64,000 nucleotides of DNA from Phoronis australis (GCA_002633005.1 NMRA01000004.1:563846-627845); one strand, 5' to 3'. Shown: positions 1 to 13,300, numbered from the stretch's first letter. Numbers and translations are program-made. The notes: generated by a model not told the origin, from the letters alone.

Positions 1-530
1 AATATTTCCATACATAACTTGATTACACAATGATTTGCAGCTTGGTAGCCACAAAACTGGTAAACACTAAACAACCTTGTCAGTGAACGTACCATTGTTT
101 TCCTATTTCTAATGAAGCAGGGAGTAATGATGAAAATTTGTATGACAAGAAACCCAACGGCCCATGCATTACACAGATGTCAGAGTTAGTAATGATGACA
201 TGTGCATTGATAACTGTTAATTTTATGGGATGATGAGGAGAATTGTTAAGAGTAGATGAACATAATTTTAGAAAATGCCTATATCTAGTGGCATTTCAGT
301 TTAACTGGGAGTCATCACTTACGTTAGGCATTGTTGGATTTATAAGGAGATTGGAATTGAAGATATTACAACACAAAGAAAGGTGCAAAGGTCAAAGCTG
401 AGGAAAAACAAATGAACTAACAAATCTGAAAGTTATTGCTGTTGAAGTGGAACTACTTAAACCAAGGTTCACAAATGAAAATCACAACAACCATGTATAG
501 AAGACGGAAATAAGTGTCAAAAACACTCAC

Positions 531-537
531 CAGCCAT
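531..537 (-). CDS. Possible first coding exon (ATG GCT G) of a divergent gene running off the left edge
   Basis: The - strand reads gccATGGCTG|gtgagt: strong Kozak context and a consensus donor just downstream of the CpG-rich promoter. Confidence 0.45.
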
Positions 538-584
538 GGCCGAAAGTTTATTTGACACCCTTTATCAAATCAGGTGTCTGTAGG

Positions 585-1211
585 AAGCGGCCATTCAAAA
601 ATTCCGGAAATGACCACAACTTTCTTCACATCGCACACTCAAAATCCGTTGCTTTTGTGACCATAGATTATTGAAGCATGCTCTCCGAGAATCAGAGAAC
701 GTATCCGTTCAGTCGTACTCGAGACTGCTATTTGCATGCGCGTGGAATATCCCCGTTATTTTGCAGAGAAACGAGTATGCAGCCGTCGGATTCAGGGAAA
801 GCCCGTGACGTCAGAAGGTGAATCATCAGAAAATCCCGATGGTGCGCGAATACTCACGAGATACACACACCCAAAATAATTAAAAGATTTTCTATTTACG
901 TGATAGGCTTAATCATGTATGAAATGTTGATTCGAAATGTATAGAGTTATTTTATATGATAACTTCTCGAATAATTTGTAAAAATGTTTACTTCCTGGGT
1001 TCACCGCTAGTAGTCAGTGCGTCACATGACCTCAAGCACTGGAAATGATAAACAGTCTGAGATTGAGTGTTGGCGGGTGACAAGTCGACTAAGCTTTCGC
1101 GTCATTTACGGGATTTTAGCGTGTATTTCCAGTGTTTACATTAGTGAAATTCATTTCTGTATTATGTAATCTCCAACTTTTTAAGTTACAAAGCTGGATA
1201 TCTCGAGGAAT
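585..1211. promoter_or_regulatory. CpG-rich, probably bidirectional promoter
   Basis: Local CpG enrichment. Motifs: YY1-like GCGGCCATT 587-595, ETS-like TTCCGGAA 602-609, octamer ATTTGCAT 730-737, CRE TGACGTCA 806-813, CLEAR/M-box-like GTCACATGAC 1021-1030. Confidence 0.65.
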
Positions 1212-1340
1212 ATGTCAACATCACCGAAACAATACTCGGTGCCATGGTGGGCCAATTTTTTCCACTCCTTTCCTCATTTCAATTTTACATTCCGGGAAGT
1301 AAGTTCAAAGTTTCAGCCTGAAGACGGCAGCTATCAAGAG
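1212..1340 (+). CDS. TTYH: Tweety exon 1 (MSTSPKQYSVPWWANFFHSFPHFNFTFREVSSKFQPEDGSYQE)
   Basis: ATG at 1212, 43 codons, GT donor at 1341; typical Tweety N-terminus. Confidence 0.93.
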
Positions 1341-4300
1341 GTTTGTATTTTCTAAAATTGTTCAACTGTTTCTTCAAATATTTTCGGTCCACATTTGTTG
1401 TTTCCAGTTTCATAAATCCATAACAGTTGCAGTGCAGTGCCAATGCTTGGCAGTCGATCTGACGGTGCCCAGTAGGCCTATGACTTGGGACGTTCGATCA
1501 GACCCTGTTGATTTAGTCAGATAGATACCCTTTTTTACTTAACGATATCATTATTGACAGGTATGTGCAGTGGTTTCAATTCAGAACTAACTAGTTAGTC
1601 ACTAATCTTACTGGTCAAATGGGCTCTTGATGTATGGTTCAGTAAATTTCATTTTAGTAGTCATGAAGTAAAACTATTCAGTAATTTACAGGAACATTGA
1701 CCCTCTGTTTCGAGACAGCCTTTGCAATTGTAATGCTTAGTTCAGAACATGCAAAAGTCATAGGCTAACTGTTGTAAAATTTCAAAAGATTTTAAGATTG
1801 GTTACATTGAGTCTTCATATGTGGTTCAGTGTGTTAAGTCTTGTGTCATGTTGCTTTTAATTGATTTGGTGTGTCGAATTATTTTTCACCTTATTGGCTG
1901 AATAATTTAACTTGTTAAAGGGCATTAAAATCCATGCTTTCTGTCAAAAAACAGGTTTTGATTTAGGCCACTTATAAAATTAAATATATAGACGCTGAGG
2001 TTGGCCAGTAATTAAAATATATCAAATAAACACAGAAAAATCAGGAACCCCAACTGGGAATCGAACCACAGGTCTCTAGATTGTCGGTCTAGCGCTAGAT
2101 TTTTCTGTGTTTATTTGATATATATATAAGTTTAGAAGTGAACAAGTAACTTTCATGTCGTAATAAGCACAGAAATTAGACCTAGTTTGAATAAGGATCA
2201 AGTTGAGACCCAATTTCGCAATTGTTAATTGAACAAAATCAAAACTTGGTTTTTGACAAAAAGCACTGGTTCAGTGCCGATTTTAGTTGCCTGGAACGCT
2301 CCAATAAAAACTCACGTAGATATAGCTGAGTGATCAAATCTGTTAAAAGTGTCAAGGCTTTGAAGCATATAAGTATGGACGGTAATTTTCAGTAATTAAA
2401 TCTTGAAACTTATCACTAAACTCTCATCTTGCCTGTAGCACTTTCTGATATAGTACTTGATATTGTCTCTACATGAAAAGTAGGCAAGGCAATTGTGGAT
2501 GCCAAAGGAGGATAGACAATTATTCTTCAATAAGAATTTTATCCGATCTACTTTTTGATAAAGTTAAAGTAATACTTTAAGCAAAGGAAACATACCGCTG
2601 TTTGTCATTTGGCTGCTTGATGACGGGGGGTGGGTGGAATTGGTGGTGACCGAGTAGAGAGAAGGTTTTCCTCTCACCCTTCTGCCTTCTGAGAAGGCAT
2701 GGGCTTTTTTTACCCTCAGGTGAGTGAGGGAGCCTGGTCTTAAAATGAAGATGAATTCTTGGCTGATTGGATTAATTGTGAAAACTCTAGATCAAACCCG
2801 TTTTGTGAGATGGTGATTCATAACCCTCCATTGATTATCGTTTATAGAAAGGCGCATTTTTAAGGAAGTCTCCACAGGCTCTTGTAGATCTCTGTCAGAT
2901 TTAAAATGCAATTTCAAGACACAGCTCTTTAAAATCAAAACAATGCTGTCTCCCTATCCAAATCCCAACCAGTCTCTCATGATCTTAAACAGGCCACAGT
3001 ACATCACAATGAGTAATCATAAATTGTGACAATCGTGCTCACAGTACGGGTGACACATGAATTTTTTGTTGTTGCTAGTAACAAATAAATGTTTTAGCAT
3101 TTGTAAGGTCTATATCCTAGCTACCATTATGTTTTGAAATTATGTGCCTTTACGACAATGTTAGTGCCTTTTGAAAACGAAGAAGTGAATTTTGTTGATC
3201 ATTTTTGCCTGACATTGGTGACATACCAAAAAGACAACTATTATTAAAATCTCTTGGTCTATTTACACCGACTTCTAGTCTATATACACTGTCACGACGT
3301 TTCGGTCTTTCTCTTCTCCGGCCATCATCAGGTGTTCCCGCGTTCTTAGAAGAACGAGCATGGATATGTGGTACACTCATGGTGTGATTTTTTGTGCTCG
3401 TTCTTCTAAGAACGCGAGAACACCTGATGATGGCCAGAGAAAAGACCGACTAAAACGTCGTGACAGTGTATATAGACTAGAGGTCGGTGTAAATAGACCA
3501 AGAGGTTTTAATAATAGTTTTAATACGCCACCACCGCAGAGCGGTTTTAGGAAGTCATACCAAACAGAGTTGATGAATAATAGTATCTGGGGTTAAAAGC
3601 TGGATTTCACGCTTTAAATATTTGTATAAGTTCTGTTTATGTTATCACGTGTAATAGCTGGTAGGTGTGGGGTAGTTTTGTTTCTGTTTCTGTAGTGGCG
3701 TCAGAGGGTAAGCACCGGGTTAGTCTCTGGCCCTCCTCCTTCCAATATCGCACGCAATGTAAATTTGGAGATGCAACCAAGTTCATGCTGGTTACACACT
3801 CTTCGATCTTTTCCTCTGATACGAGTTTTTGCTGCATCTCCGTATTGCCATCCTCGCTTTATGAGGCGCTTTGTTGCCCATATCTCCTGCTGTTGTACAA
3901 TCTCGGCATCTGTAAGCGATTCACGCACTCTGGAGATTACATCTGCTGGTGTGAGGAGCAGGTCGGTAGTTTTGTTGTTGAGGTAACTTCTGTGCTATCC
4001 AGTCTTGAGTTGGAAGTTCAGTGGAAACTTTCCATTGTTGGTGATAGGAATGTGACTCAAAATTCTTTTGCCAAATGTCCTATTCAGGTGCACAGGAGTT
4101 GCTCATGTGAGTCCAGCTATCATTTGTCATAAACAATGCCCTCTGTTTAACCTTGTACCACCATGTGGTTGATAAATGTTGTATACATTATATGATACCA
4201 GTAGTTGATCATGAACATTTTCAGGAAGTCAAGTCCTTGATATTTTGCAAGTGCAAATTGGTTCGTGCAAAATTTGACTTCAACTTGATGTCAGTAATTT

Positions 4301-7300
4301 GGACTTGTGTGAATTTTTACTCACTAGTGTGAATCTTTATTAATACATGTATCTTCTTTAAGTTATTTTAAAATGTTTTGACGAAAGTTTGTTGATATTT
4401 TAACCAAAAAATCATTAAGCATTCTTCTCCTTTACTAATAGTCTGCAGTCATCTTGAAGCTTTTGCTTTATTTTAATGGATGGAAATTTTACTGCTTCAA
4501 AATATTTCCGAGACAACTTTACTAAGCATATTATATTCGGCCATTACCGACTAGACTTGGCAATGCACTGGTTTAAGATGGATGTTTCAGGCTACCTATG
4601 GTCAAAACTTAATGGCAGGCCTGCAAATGGATTCTGTATCTGCCTGTAAATGTTTCATACATGTCATCCCAACCTTAAGTTCCAAAAACCTTGTAATAAG
4701 TCTGGACACAGTGGGCATGTTGTAGGAAGTCATTGCTCCAAGCCAGACACACGAATGAACATCGTGGAGCATTTGGGTAGACCAATGTATCCTGAGTTTG
4801 GTAGTCATGACATGGTAAAACATCTGGTAGGCTTTTGGTCAGCTTTTGAAAGTCAAAGAAACAGACATCGAAAGGGTATCATCAATCAATCATCGGGTGT
4901 CATCTCTTTTGAGGTCAACGTGAAATGTACCTCCATCTCTCTCTGTTGTTTGCCAGTCTGGTGCATTCTGTCATCCTTGATCTTGTCCATGTCTTGATGT
5001 CAACCCTCCACATTAATCGTTGTCCTCTTGCTATTTTCCCTTCCAGGTGACCCCGTGACTGTATAGTTGTCTTTCTGTATGTTGTGGTAAGGGTATCATC
5101 ACATGCCTGCAATGTAGCACATGGAAAAGCCTGACCATTTACTTAGAAGCTACCAGCCGACTTGTAAACTTTTTTCACAAAGAACCTGACGATGGATGGG
5201 CGGATTCCTGACTTTTACTCCGGAGAGGAGATTCTTGCAACGGGCCAGACATGTCTGACGCACTGCAAAAGGAATCCTTCAATCTGTTTGCCATTCTTTC
5301 ATAGTCAGCAACACTTCTGTTTACACTTATGAGTCGAAATTAGAGAATAAGTATCCATTCCTATCAACTTTCAGTGATGGGTTTTTTTGTAAACTCCAAT
5401 TTAACAATATTGCGTGATCTAACCACAATATGAAGATGCTAACACCAAGCCACTGACGTGATTACCACATTAGAATTATGCCACTTGCATTTGTTTCAGG
5501 CTCTCATTGCTTGGACTGCTATACCAGTGCTAGTGTTGGTCGTATCTCTCATCTTTTTTCTCGTCTTCTTCTGTTGCCGATGTTGCCGGCGATCACACCG
5601 GGACCGTAAGCCAAGTCGAGGCACGTGTTTCTCCTGGACCATAGGGGTCTTCATCGGGATCAGCTGGTAAGTTTGTCTTTCAACTTTTCAGAGATTTTTG
5701 ATACATTTGAATATTTGGCACACGATTAAAGTGGTTGTCAATTTTTATTATTGGAATTATGCAATAAAACAAAATTTTGTGGACTAATTTTAAGTTATGG
5801 TGTTTTTGTTCAAACTCCTATTGTGGAACCTCTAGTGCCTAGAAAATATATTCAACATTCAACATTTGGATGTCTGAAGGAATCGTCCAGTCAGGCTGTC
5901 AGTTTTAGAATTGTGTTTCCTATTGTATTACTTCATGCGTAATTGTCTTAAGGATCTAAAACTGGTTCCTTATGGGTGTTGTCTGTCCACGATTTATGCA
6001 GGGATTCGGAAAACCTGGTCTTGTTTAACTGTAGTCTGGCTAGAGTGCTGGATTCTGTAATGGTTGGCTAGAGTCTTCTCGCTTCTACTGGAAGCTTGTG
6101 CTGCCTGTTATGATTATTGACCATTAACTTTCTATAAAGCTTAGAACAGTAATAACACAATTTGACATGTGAGTCACTCCTAGTCTCTCTTGCAGTCTCT
6201 GTTGGGCAGACTTCATATCATTGCGTTATGAAAGGCCCTTCCTCATTGAATGTGTGAAGGATTGCGAGTCAAACCTAATTCTTTCAATGAGGTGATTTTT
6301 GCAGTTTCTTATTTCGCACAAAAATAACTTTAGAATTGTCATTTCCTTATTTTCCTAAGGCTGATTGCTGCATATAATGCCATTATAATGGTAACCAAAC
6401 CAAATGCTGTTTAATGACATCTACATAGTGTGCATACCAAACTGACTATAGATTAAACTTTTCTAGTGTTCATTTTGTTGAGAAATGTGACAAGAATAAA
6501 ATTTCACTTGACATGTCTGCCAACTGTAATATGCTAAGTAGGTGGAGAATTACTTTTTCTGTAGTCACTGGTCCAAAACATGTACAATTTCCAAGAGGGT
6601 GCAAACATAGGAGGTGCTTGAGTATCCTCCATTACACTAATGAAAAAGTGATCAAGAAATGCCTCCGGACAAACCTGCCTCTGGATCCATGCTCGTGCTT
6701 TAAAATGTCTTCGTGGCGCTGCTTTTTCAAAGCTTACTATTATGGGTGGATTTAAAATGTGAGCCATCAATTATGCTGTTGTCTTGTTTTCCTTTATTAA
6801 AAGCAAGTCCAGTTATCAGGGACTGCATCAGACTTTGGTACACCTCAGCACCTGGTGCCATGACAGACTCTCTCATGCTATTTGTGCCACATGTAAGTCT
6901 GTGCAAGCGGAACCATATGTCTTTCGTTTGCACTGGATGTTTACACTTCACACCCTGCTAAGGACCAGTGTACAAAGAACCCCTGGCTCTAAGGCTGGGG
7001 TTGATGTTTGGTTAATTGTGTGAAGTACACCTCAATGCTTTTGGGGACACATATGCTTCTTCAATCAAGAGCCTACTTGATGTTTACTTCTTCCTGGGTC
7101 ACTGTTCAGGTCTGTGTTACAAGTGGCCCATATCTCTGGCTAATCAACCATGCTGATAGGCCATGGAGTTTCTGCAGCTGGATACCCTGAAATGCAAACA
7201 CTTTGCTGTGGAGAAGGAGTTGGTTAAAGCCATGGACTAGGTTTGCTGCACCTTCAGCATTTGGCTTAATTTCAAAGAGTTTGTGTTAAAGCTATTATAC

Positions 7301-10300
7301 AGACTGAACTGATAAATTGTACAATAATTACGAACAACAAATCGGGATGGCAAGGGAACTCATGCCGATGTAGCTGGTCATTTTAAGGTGTTGACCTGAA
7401 ACAAACAAACCACTGGGACAAGAATTTTAGCCTCAGTTTTGCAATTTCGTACCAGTCTATGTAATGTGAGCTGAAATCAAGCTGTCAACCTGTCTTTCGA
7501 GCAATTTTCAACCTGGGAAATGTGAACAGCTTATTGTATTTTGATTTTATATGGAGTGTTGTGTTTTGGACAGGGCACTAAAAATTTTTGAAAATAATAT
7601 TTTCTTGCAAATAGCAAATTTAGTTGCCCTTATAGACAGGAAGCTGGGGTTAGTAGGGAGTCATTATTAGTCAAACATTTCCTTGCAGCTGAGTTTATAT
7701 CAGGAGGCAGCCAGCTGGCAGATTTTCAAAATATGGCTGAGGATCATTCTAAGTAAAAACTAGAAAACAAATTCCACTTTTTTGGTCCCTCAAAACTCCT
7801 ACGGCAGGAGTTTGCATATCTTTAATCGTGTAACATATTGCTGATCACGTGAAGCCCAGAATGTTTATGTCACTCCGGTATTCAATTTGGCACCTGGCAT
7901 ACTTTGTTACGAAAGTTAAAAAGAAATCAGATCTAGTGAGTGTCATTTTCTTGCATCACACTACGGCTTTCATATCGTTGTTAGTTTGTAATCAGTTTCT
8001 TAATACTATCATACACACGTCTCTTGGACACCTTTTGCTTGTGGCACAGCGGCAATTATTGGGAGTAAGGAGTGACTCCAGGAGAGTGGCAGTTTCACCA
8101 AAGTAAAAGTGCTCTGTTCACTGGTATTTAAGTGCTCCAAAATTAAACGACGGTGAATTGGTTAATTAATTAAGTTGCTGTGTAGTTCAGGTAACCTTGT
8201 TAAGGGAGAGCAATTTATTGAAGAATCGACACAAAAGAAATCGGCCAAAATAGTACTAAAAGTTGACGCATACATGCATCTATCCAAATATTCTTGATGG
8301 TTGGGAAACGTGAAATTCAATGGTGTATCAAATATTTATTACTTGCTGCTTGTGGCTATTTTATAAAAATTCGTTGCAAATTATTTTCCAAATAACGTGC
8401 ACTTCAAAAAAGAGTGAATGAACCACGTTACTTCCTTTGCTGTATTTTCGATAGTTTTGGCTTTTGCCGCCCGACAACATGCACTATAGTTACTGTTATG
8501 AAGTCCCACGAGAGGAAAGTAAATAAGGCAGGAGTACCCTTCGTTCATACTATGACAACAACGGATTCTTTTCGATGTTTTCACACTGATGTTTTAAACT
8601 GAAATTGTTACCAGCAGCGGGAGCCACACAGTCACAAAGGTCTTGGAACTATTAAGTGTTAATCCTGATTTCAAGTCTTGGCCCATTCAAAGGTCACTAA
8701 CTCTAAATGTGATTTACCGTAAACTCGCGGGTTAACACCCTGGGTGCTTAGATTGAGAACCCTGTAACAGGGGGGTGGGCGATTACCCAAGCAGTGGGCG
8801 CTTAAACCAACAATTGCCAAAAAGTTGGGGATGGACGATTAACTGGGCGTGGGCGTTAACCTGCGAGTTTACGGTAGTCGGCTGAAGGTTTAGATCAAGC
8901 GGCTGGTTCCAGGTGATCTGTGCAATGGGCCCATATGCGTGGCTTGCCACATCTGGTTGATAAATATTTTTTAGGTGTTGCGGTTGTAACTCACTGTTCC
9001 GTTGCACTTTTAAGTTCTGTGGTGTGTGTTCTATGGAGGTGAGAATCTCACGAAAACGTAGTAACATGCAAGAAAACGCCAGACTTTGTGACCTCGCCTT
9101 GTATTACTTGCCCACCACATAATCACACCAGCTTCCTTAGCAAGGTCCTTGCGTCTACGCAACGTTTCCCAGGTATGCGTGTACAAGCTATGTTATCGCT
9201 CTGATAGTGAGGAAAAACTGTTTTCACTCAGATACTAGACTGCTGTTTTCAGAGGATAAGTCGGATTAGATTTTTTTGTCACCCACATACAGTACAAGCC
9301 AAAAGTAGGCTATTCCGGGGACAAAATACCCCAGCTGAATAGAAGTTATGATCTATTATCATAATAGTCTTCCCCCATGATCAAGAAGGAAGGTAATGCA
9401 CAGGACAGTTAGTATGGTGGCTGAGCAATTTGCTGTTTGATTTCCTGCCCTTTCATTGTTATAACCAGTCATTTTTAAGTCAATAGAATCAGCCGTCATG
9501 ACAGGGAAACTTTATTCTGTCCAATTACTTTTGCCTTGTACTGCCTGTTTTCATGTTTCATTGTCAGCCTTATTCACATCAGGAACGAAAATATCTGTGA
9601 CATCAGGAAGGTGAATTTATTTCACTTTTAGTTAGACGTGTTCGTTCTGACACATTTTCCCAGTTGTACAATTGAGGTAATGGTGAGGCCCATAATATGC
9701 TTTTATATTCCGCATGGACATTTTGGCTGTTTGCTCTCCATAAATCATTGATCTGCACTCTATGTGTCTTATAAGCTCATTGAAAGATCATCTTTCTGTT
9801 TTTATAAACAATGAAAATGATTGGGCCAAGATAGAGTGCAAGTGTTGTGTTGGTATGTTCAGGCACCCTATAATATTGGCTGGAACCAATAGCTTGATTG
9901 ACATGTTAGAACCAACCCATGGGCGACGCACCATAGGGGGCTGGGGGGCTATAGCCCCCCACTTTTTTCAGTGCTGGGCACCCATGGTCTATGGGTGGTA
10001 TGCCACGGGGGAGCTTGGGGGGGGGCGATAACAGCCACTTTTTTCAGTGCTGCGCCGGCCATGCAACCCTATTAGCTCTGCTCGGCATAATATTTGTTGC
10101 GTGTATCATATTTTCCCATATCCAGCGTGATTGCAATAGATTTTCTTGTCTTATGTTATGAAGGCATATTGTTTTGTGTTACTTATACTTATATCCTGAT
10201 CACTTTTAAAACCAACTTGAAGGTTATAACTCTCTCAATTTGAACACTTTAAAATCTGGTTTAACTATATTGCGATTATAACCTGGTGTGAGTGTGGTTA

Positions 10301-13300
10301 GTGAGAGGTAATAATCATTGGAACTTACTGCGTTGTACAAGTTACAACTCTTTAGGGGCAATTGCTGTCAAATCTCTAGGCACTAACTGGATTGAATTGT
10401 AAGCCCCATAGCACTGAGGACTTAAAGGCGAAGGCAACCTTTTTCCATGTCATTTTGAGCTAAAATAAGGTTGGTTGGTTATCCTAGACATATTTTCTCT
10501 TAATTACAGCTTTTCGTAATTTTATTAATTACTCGTCCGCTCTTCCGGAAGTGACGTTTTAGGAGGTAAGCATTTCGCGCCAATTTCTTTTCATATAGTC
10601 TGACTTGAGAGCTGCCGAGTCAGTCATTGTTCTACCTCGGTTGCGTTAAGTTCCGTCGTCGTTTGCTTTCATTTACTAGTCAGTGAATATGCCACACTGT
10701 TGCTGCGTACCAGGATATACTAATTATCGGCTCACGCGCGCTTTGGGAGTACCTTTGCATCGCTTTCCGATGGATGACACACTTCGCCGTACTTGGCTCG
10801 TTCGTGTGNNNNNNNNNNNNNNNNNNNNNNNNNNNNNNNNNNNNNNNNNNNNNNNNNNNNNNNNNNNNNNNNNNNNNNNNNNNNNNNNNNNNNNNNNNNN
10901 NNNNNNNNNNNNNNNNNNNNNNNNNNNNNNNNNNNNNNNNNNNNNNNNNNNNNNNNNNNNNNNNNNNNNNNNNNNNNNNNNNNNNNNNNNNNNNNNNNNN
11001 NNNNNNNNNNNNNNNNNNNNNNNNNNNNNNNNNNNNNNNNNNNNNNNNNNNNNNNNNNNNNNNNNNNNNNNNNNNNNNNNNNNNNNNNNNNNNNNNNNNN
11101 NNNNNNNNNNNNNNNNNNNNNNNNNNNNNNNNNNNNNNNNNNNNNNNNNNNNNNNNNNNNNNNNNNNNNNNNNNNNNNNNNNNNNNNNNNNNNNNNNNNN
11201 NNNNNNNNNNNNNNNNNNNNNNNNNNNNNNNNNNNNNNNNNNNNNNNNNNNNNNNNNNNNNNNNNNNNNNNNNNNNNNNNNNNNNNNNNNNNNNNNNNNN
11301 NNNNNNNNNNNNNNNNNNNNNNNNNNNNNNNNNNNNNNNNNNNNNNNNNNNNNNNNNNNNNNNNNNNNNNNNNNNNNNNNNNNNNNNNNNNNNNNNNNNN
11401 NNNNNNNNNNNNNNNNNNNNNNNNNNNNNNNNNNNNNNNNNNNNNNNNNNNNNNNNNNNNNNNNNNNNNNNNNNNNNNNNNNNNNNNNNNNNNNNNNNNN
11501 NNNNNNNNNNNNNNNNNNNNNNNNNNNNNNNNNNNNNNNNNNNNNNNNNNNNNNNNNNNNNNNNNNNNNNNNNNNNNNNNNNNNNNNNNNNNNNNNNNNN
11601 NNNNNNNNNNNNNNNNNNNNNNNNNNNNNNNNNNNNNNNNNNNNNNNNNGTGGCGACAATTGTTGAAAAACAGCACAAAACAAAAGTAGAATAGAACAGA
11701 TTCGCACGGTAAAGTCAACGCAAAACCAAGTGGCGGGAAACGCTTGCCTCCTAAAACGTCACTTCCGGAGTAGCGGACGAGTAATCTATAAAATTACGAA
11801 AAGATGTAATTAAGTGGAAAATATGTCTAGGATAACCAACCAACCTTATTTTAGCTCAAAATGACATGGAAAAAGGTTGCCTTCGCCTTTAAGGGACTGA
11901 ATCCACAAACTAGTTTACAACGCAAACGGTAGCAATTGCTTGACAATTACAACTATAAAGAAAGAGTTGCAAGGGTGTTTGGTTGGTCTGAACACAAGTG
12001 TGTCAGAGGAGGATGAAAACCATGTAGTTGTCAAGCTAGGAAATGTTTTCCCAGCTATTGGCTTGGTAGAATGTGATCATCATGGTGATTGGGAAGGTTT
12101 GTTTATCTGGGAATTTCTAGGCTGGGCTCTGTTCCTGGAATTATAAAGCCCCACTTGTCAGTCATAGCTATTTGGATGGGTAATTCACTGCATTTGGACT
12201 GTGAACTCCTCCACTCCACCAGTCATGTGTGCATGTGTCTAATTTGTCAAATTAACCTCATTAGGAGATGAAGCCATGGGTTATCAGTGTCAGGGTTTCT
12301 TTGGATGTTGAATGGTGGTATCATCAAAACCAACAATATTGAATAATATAGATTTAGTTGGCTCAGGGTGGTTACACAGGTTTTTCCTCTGAAAATTGGG
12401 GTCGCTCCCCCTCTCGCTTACATCCTCGGTCCATTAGTGCCAAAACAGAAACTTTCATTGGGAAATAAAGCTCATAGAGATGGCAGATGTCTGTTTAAAT
12501 AGGAAAGTAACTTTTTGGGATGTCTTTATTTATATTATCGGTCTTAATTTTTCATATTATGAAAGGAAAGATGGCCCCTACATATTCATATGTTATGTTT
12601 TTTTTTAATTTGACATGTGTAGGACAACAGTCTTGTTAAGTGACTTGGAATGAATGTCTCAAATAAGCAATATCAGATCTACAGTGTAATTTGGTTACAT
12701 CTCTCCCAGCTGTTACAACAACTGGGTACTTTTGTTAAATTACAATGTGGTCATATCTTTCAGCACTTCTGAACAGTGTCTGTGTCAGTTGTTCAGCTTG
12801 GGCGGTTTAAATATTAAGGCAGAATGTTGATTTGATCCATCATCCCACAACCCACATTCCTTTTTATTATTAAGTGTTTTAATGACTGCATTTCTTTTGC
12901 TGACTCTTACCAGTAAATCTTAGATGCTAAATTTGAGTGATCACCTGAGTGATCTGTGCTGAAATGAGACAAATGTATATTACATAGCCGTTTTTACGTG
13001 AAGAACAATTTTCACGATTCAAGTTGTCACAGTGCGAGTTGCTCCACTTTAGATGGCAGACTGGATCAACATTAGTCTTCATACTAAGATGGTCTGTGCA
13101 TGCTCGCATATACAGCAGTGACTGTCCAAATTAGGTAAAATGCCAGCGAATCACCTGTATATGTGCTATTGTACAAGCGTAACAGAGATGATCCCTTCCG
13201 CCTTTTGATTCGTACAACTTGCTCTACCTCTCAAATCATCAAAAATGATAGCTGGGGTGTCAACTTGATTCGTTTTTACACGCATACTTGTGCTTGATCA

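Larger units (their letters stand above)
3236..3560. mobile_element. Penelope-like (pLTR/retrozyme-type) inverted repeat with ~125-bp arms
   Basis: Arms 3236-3360 and 3395-3519 are near-perfect reverse complements; each carries a CTGATGA...AAACGTC hammerhead motif. Confidence 0.75.
10426..11888 (+). mobile_element. Kolobok-like non-autonomous DNA transposon with long TIRs and a THAP fragment
   Basis: TTAA on both sides (10422-10425, 11889-11892); AGG...CCT ends; ~160-bp TIRs; internal ORF MPHCCCVPGY...LHRFP...RRTW (THAP-like); interior hidden by an N gap. Confidence 0.85.

Noticed and set aside
120-240. Cluster of RTGATGA motifs as C/D snoRNA boxes
   Set aside because: No well-placed D box with a terminal stem, and the likely host transcript is on the opposite strand.
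2043-2097. Functional tRNA gene
   Set aside because: Lacks the 5' acceptor strand and D arm; SINE-like fragment.
3637-4132. Overlapping ORFs up to 155 aa in Tweety intron 1
   Set aside because: No recognisable domain or splice support; probably a decayed repeat.
10680-11718. Six ~300-aa ORFs in the track
   Set aside because: They read through an N gap; only the 40-aa THAP start is real sequence.
11900-12300. Possible Penelope RT relic on the - strand
   Set aside because: Resemblance too faint to support without a profile search.
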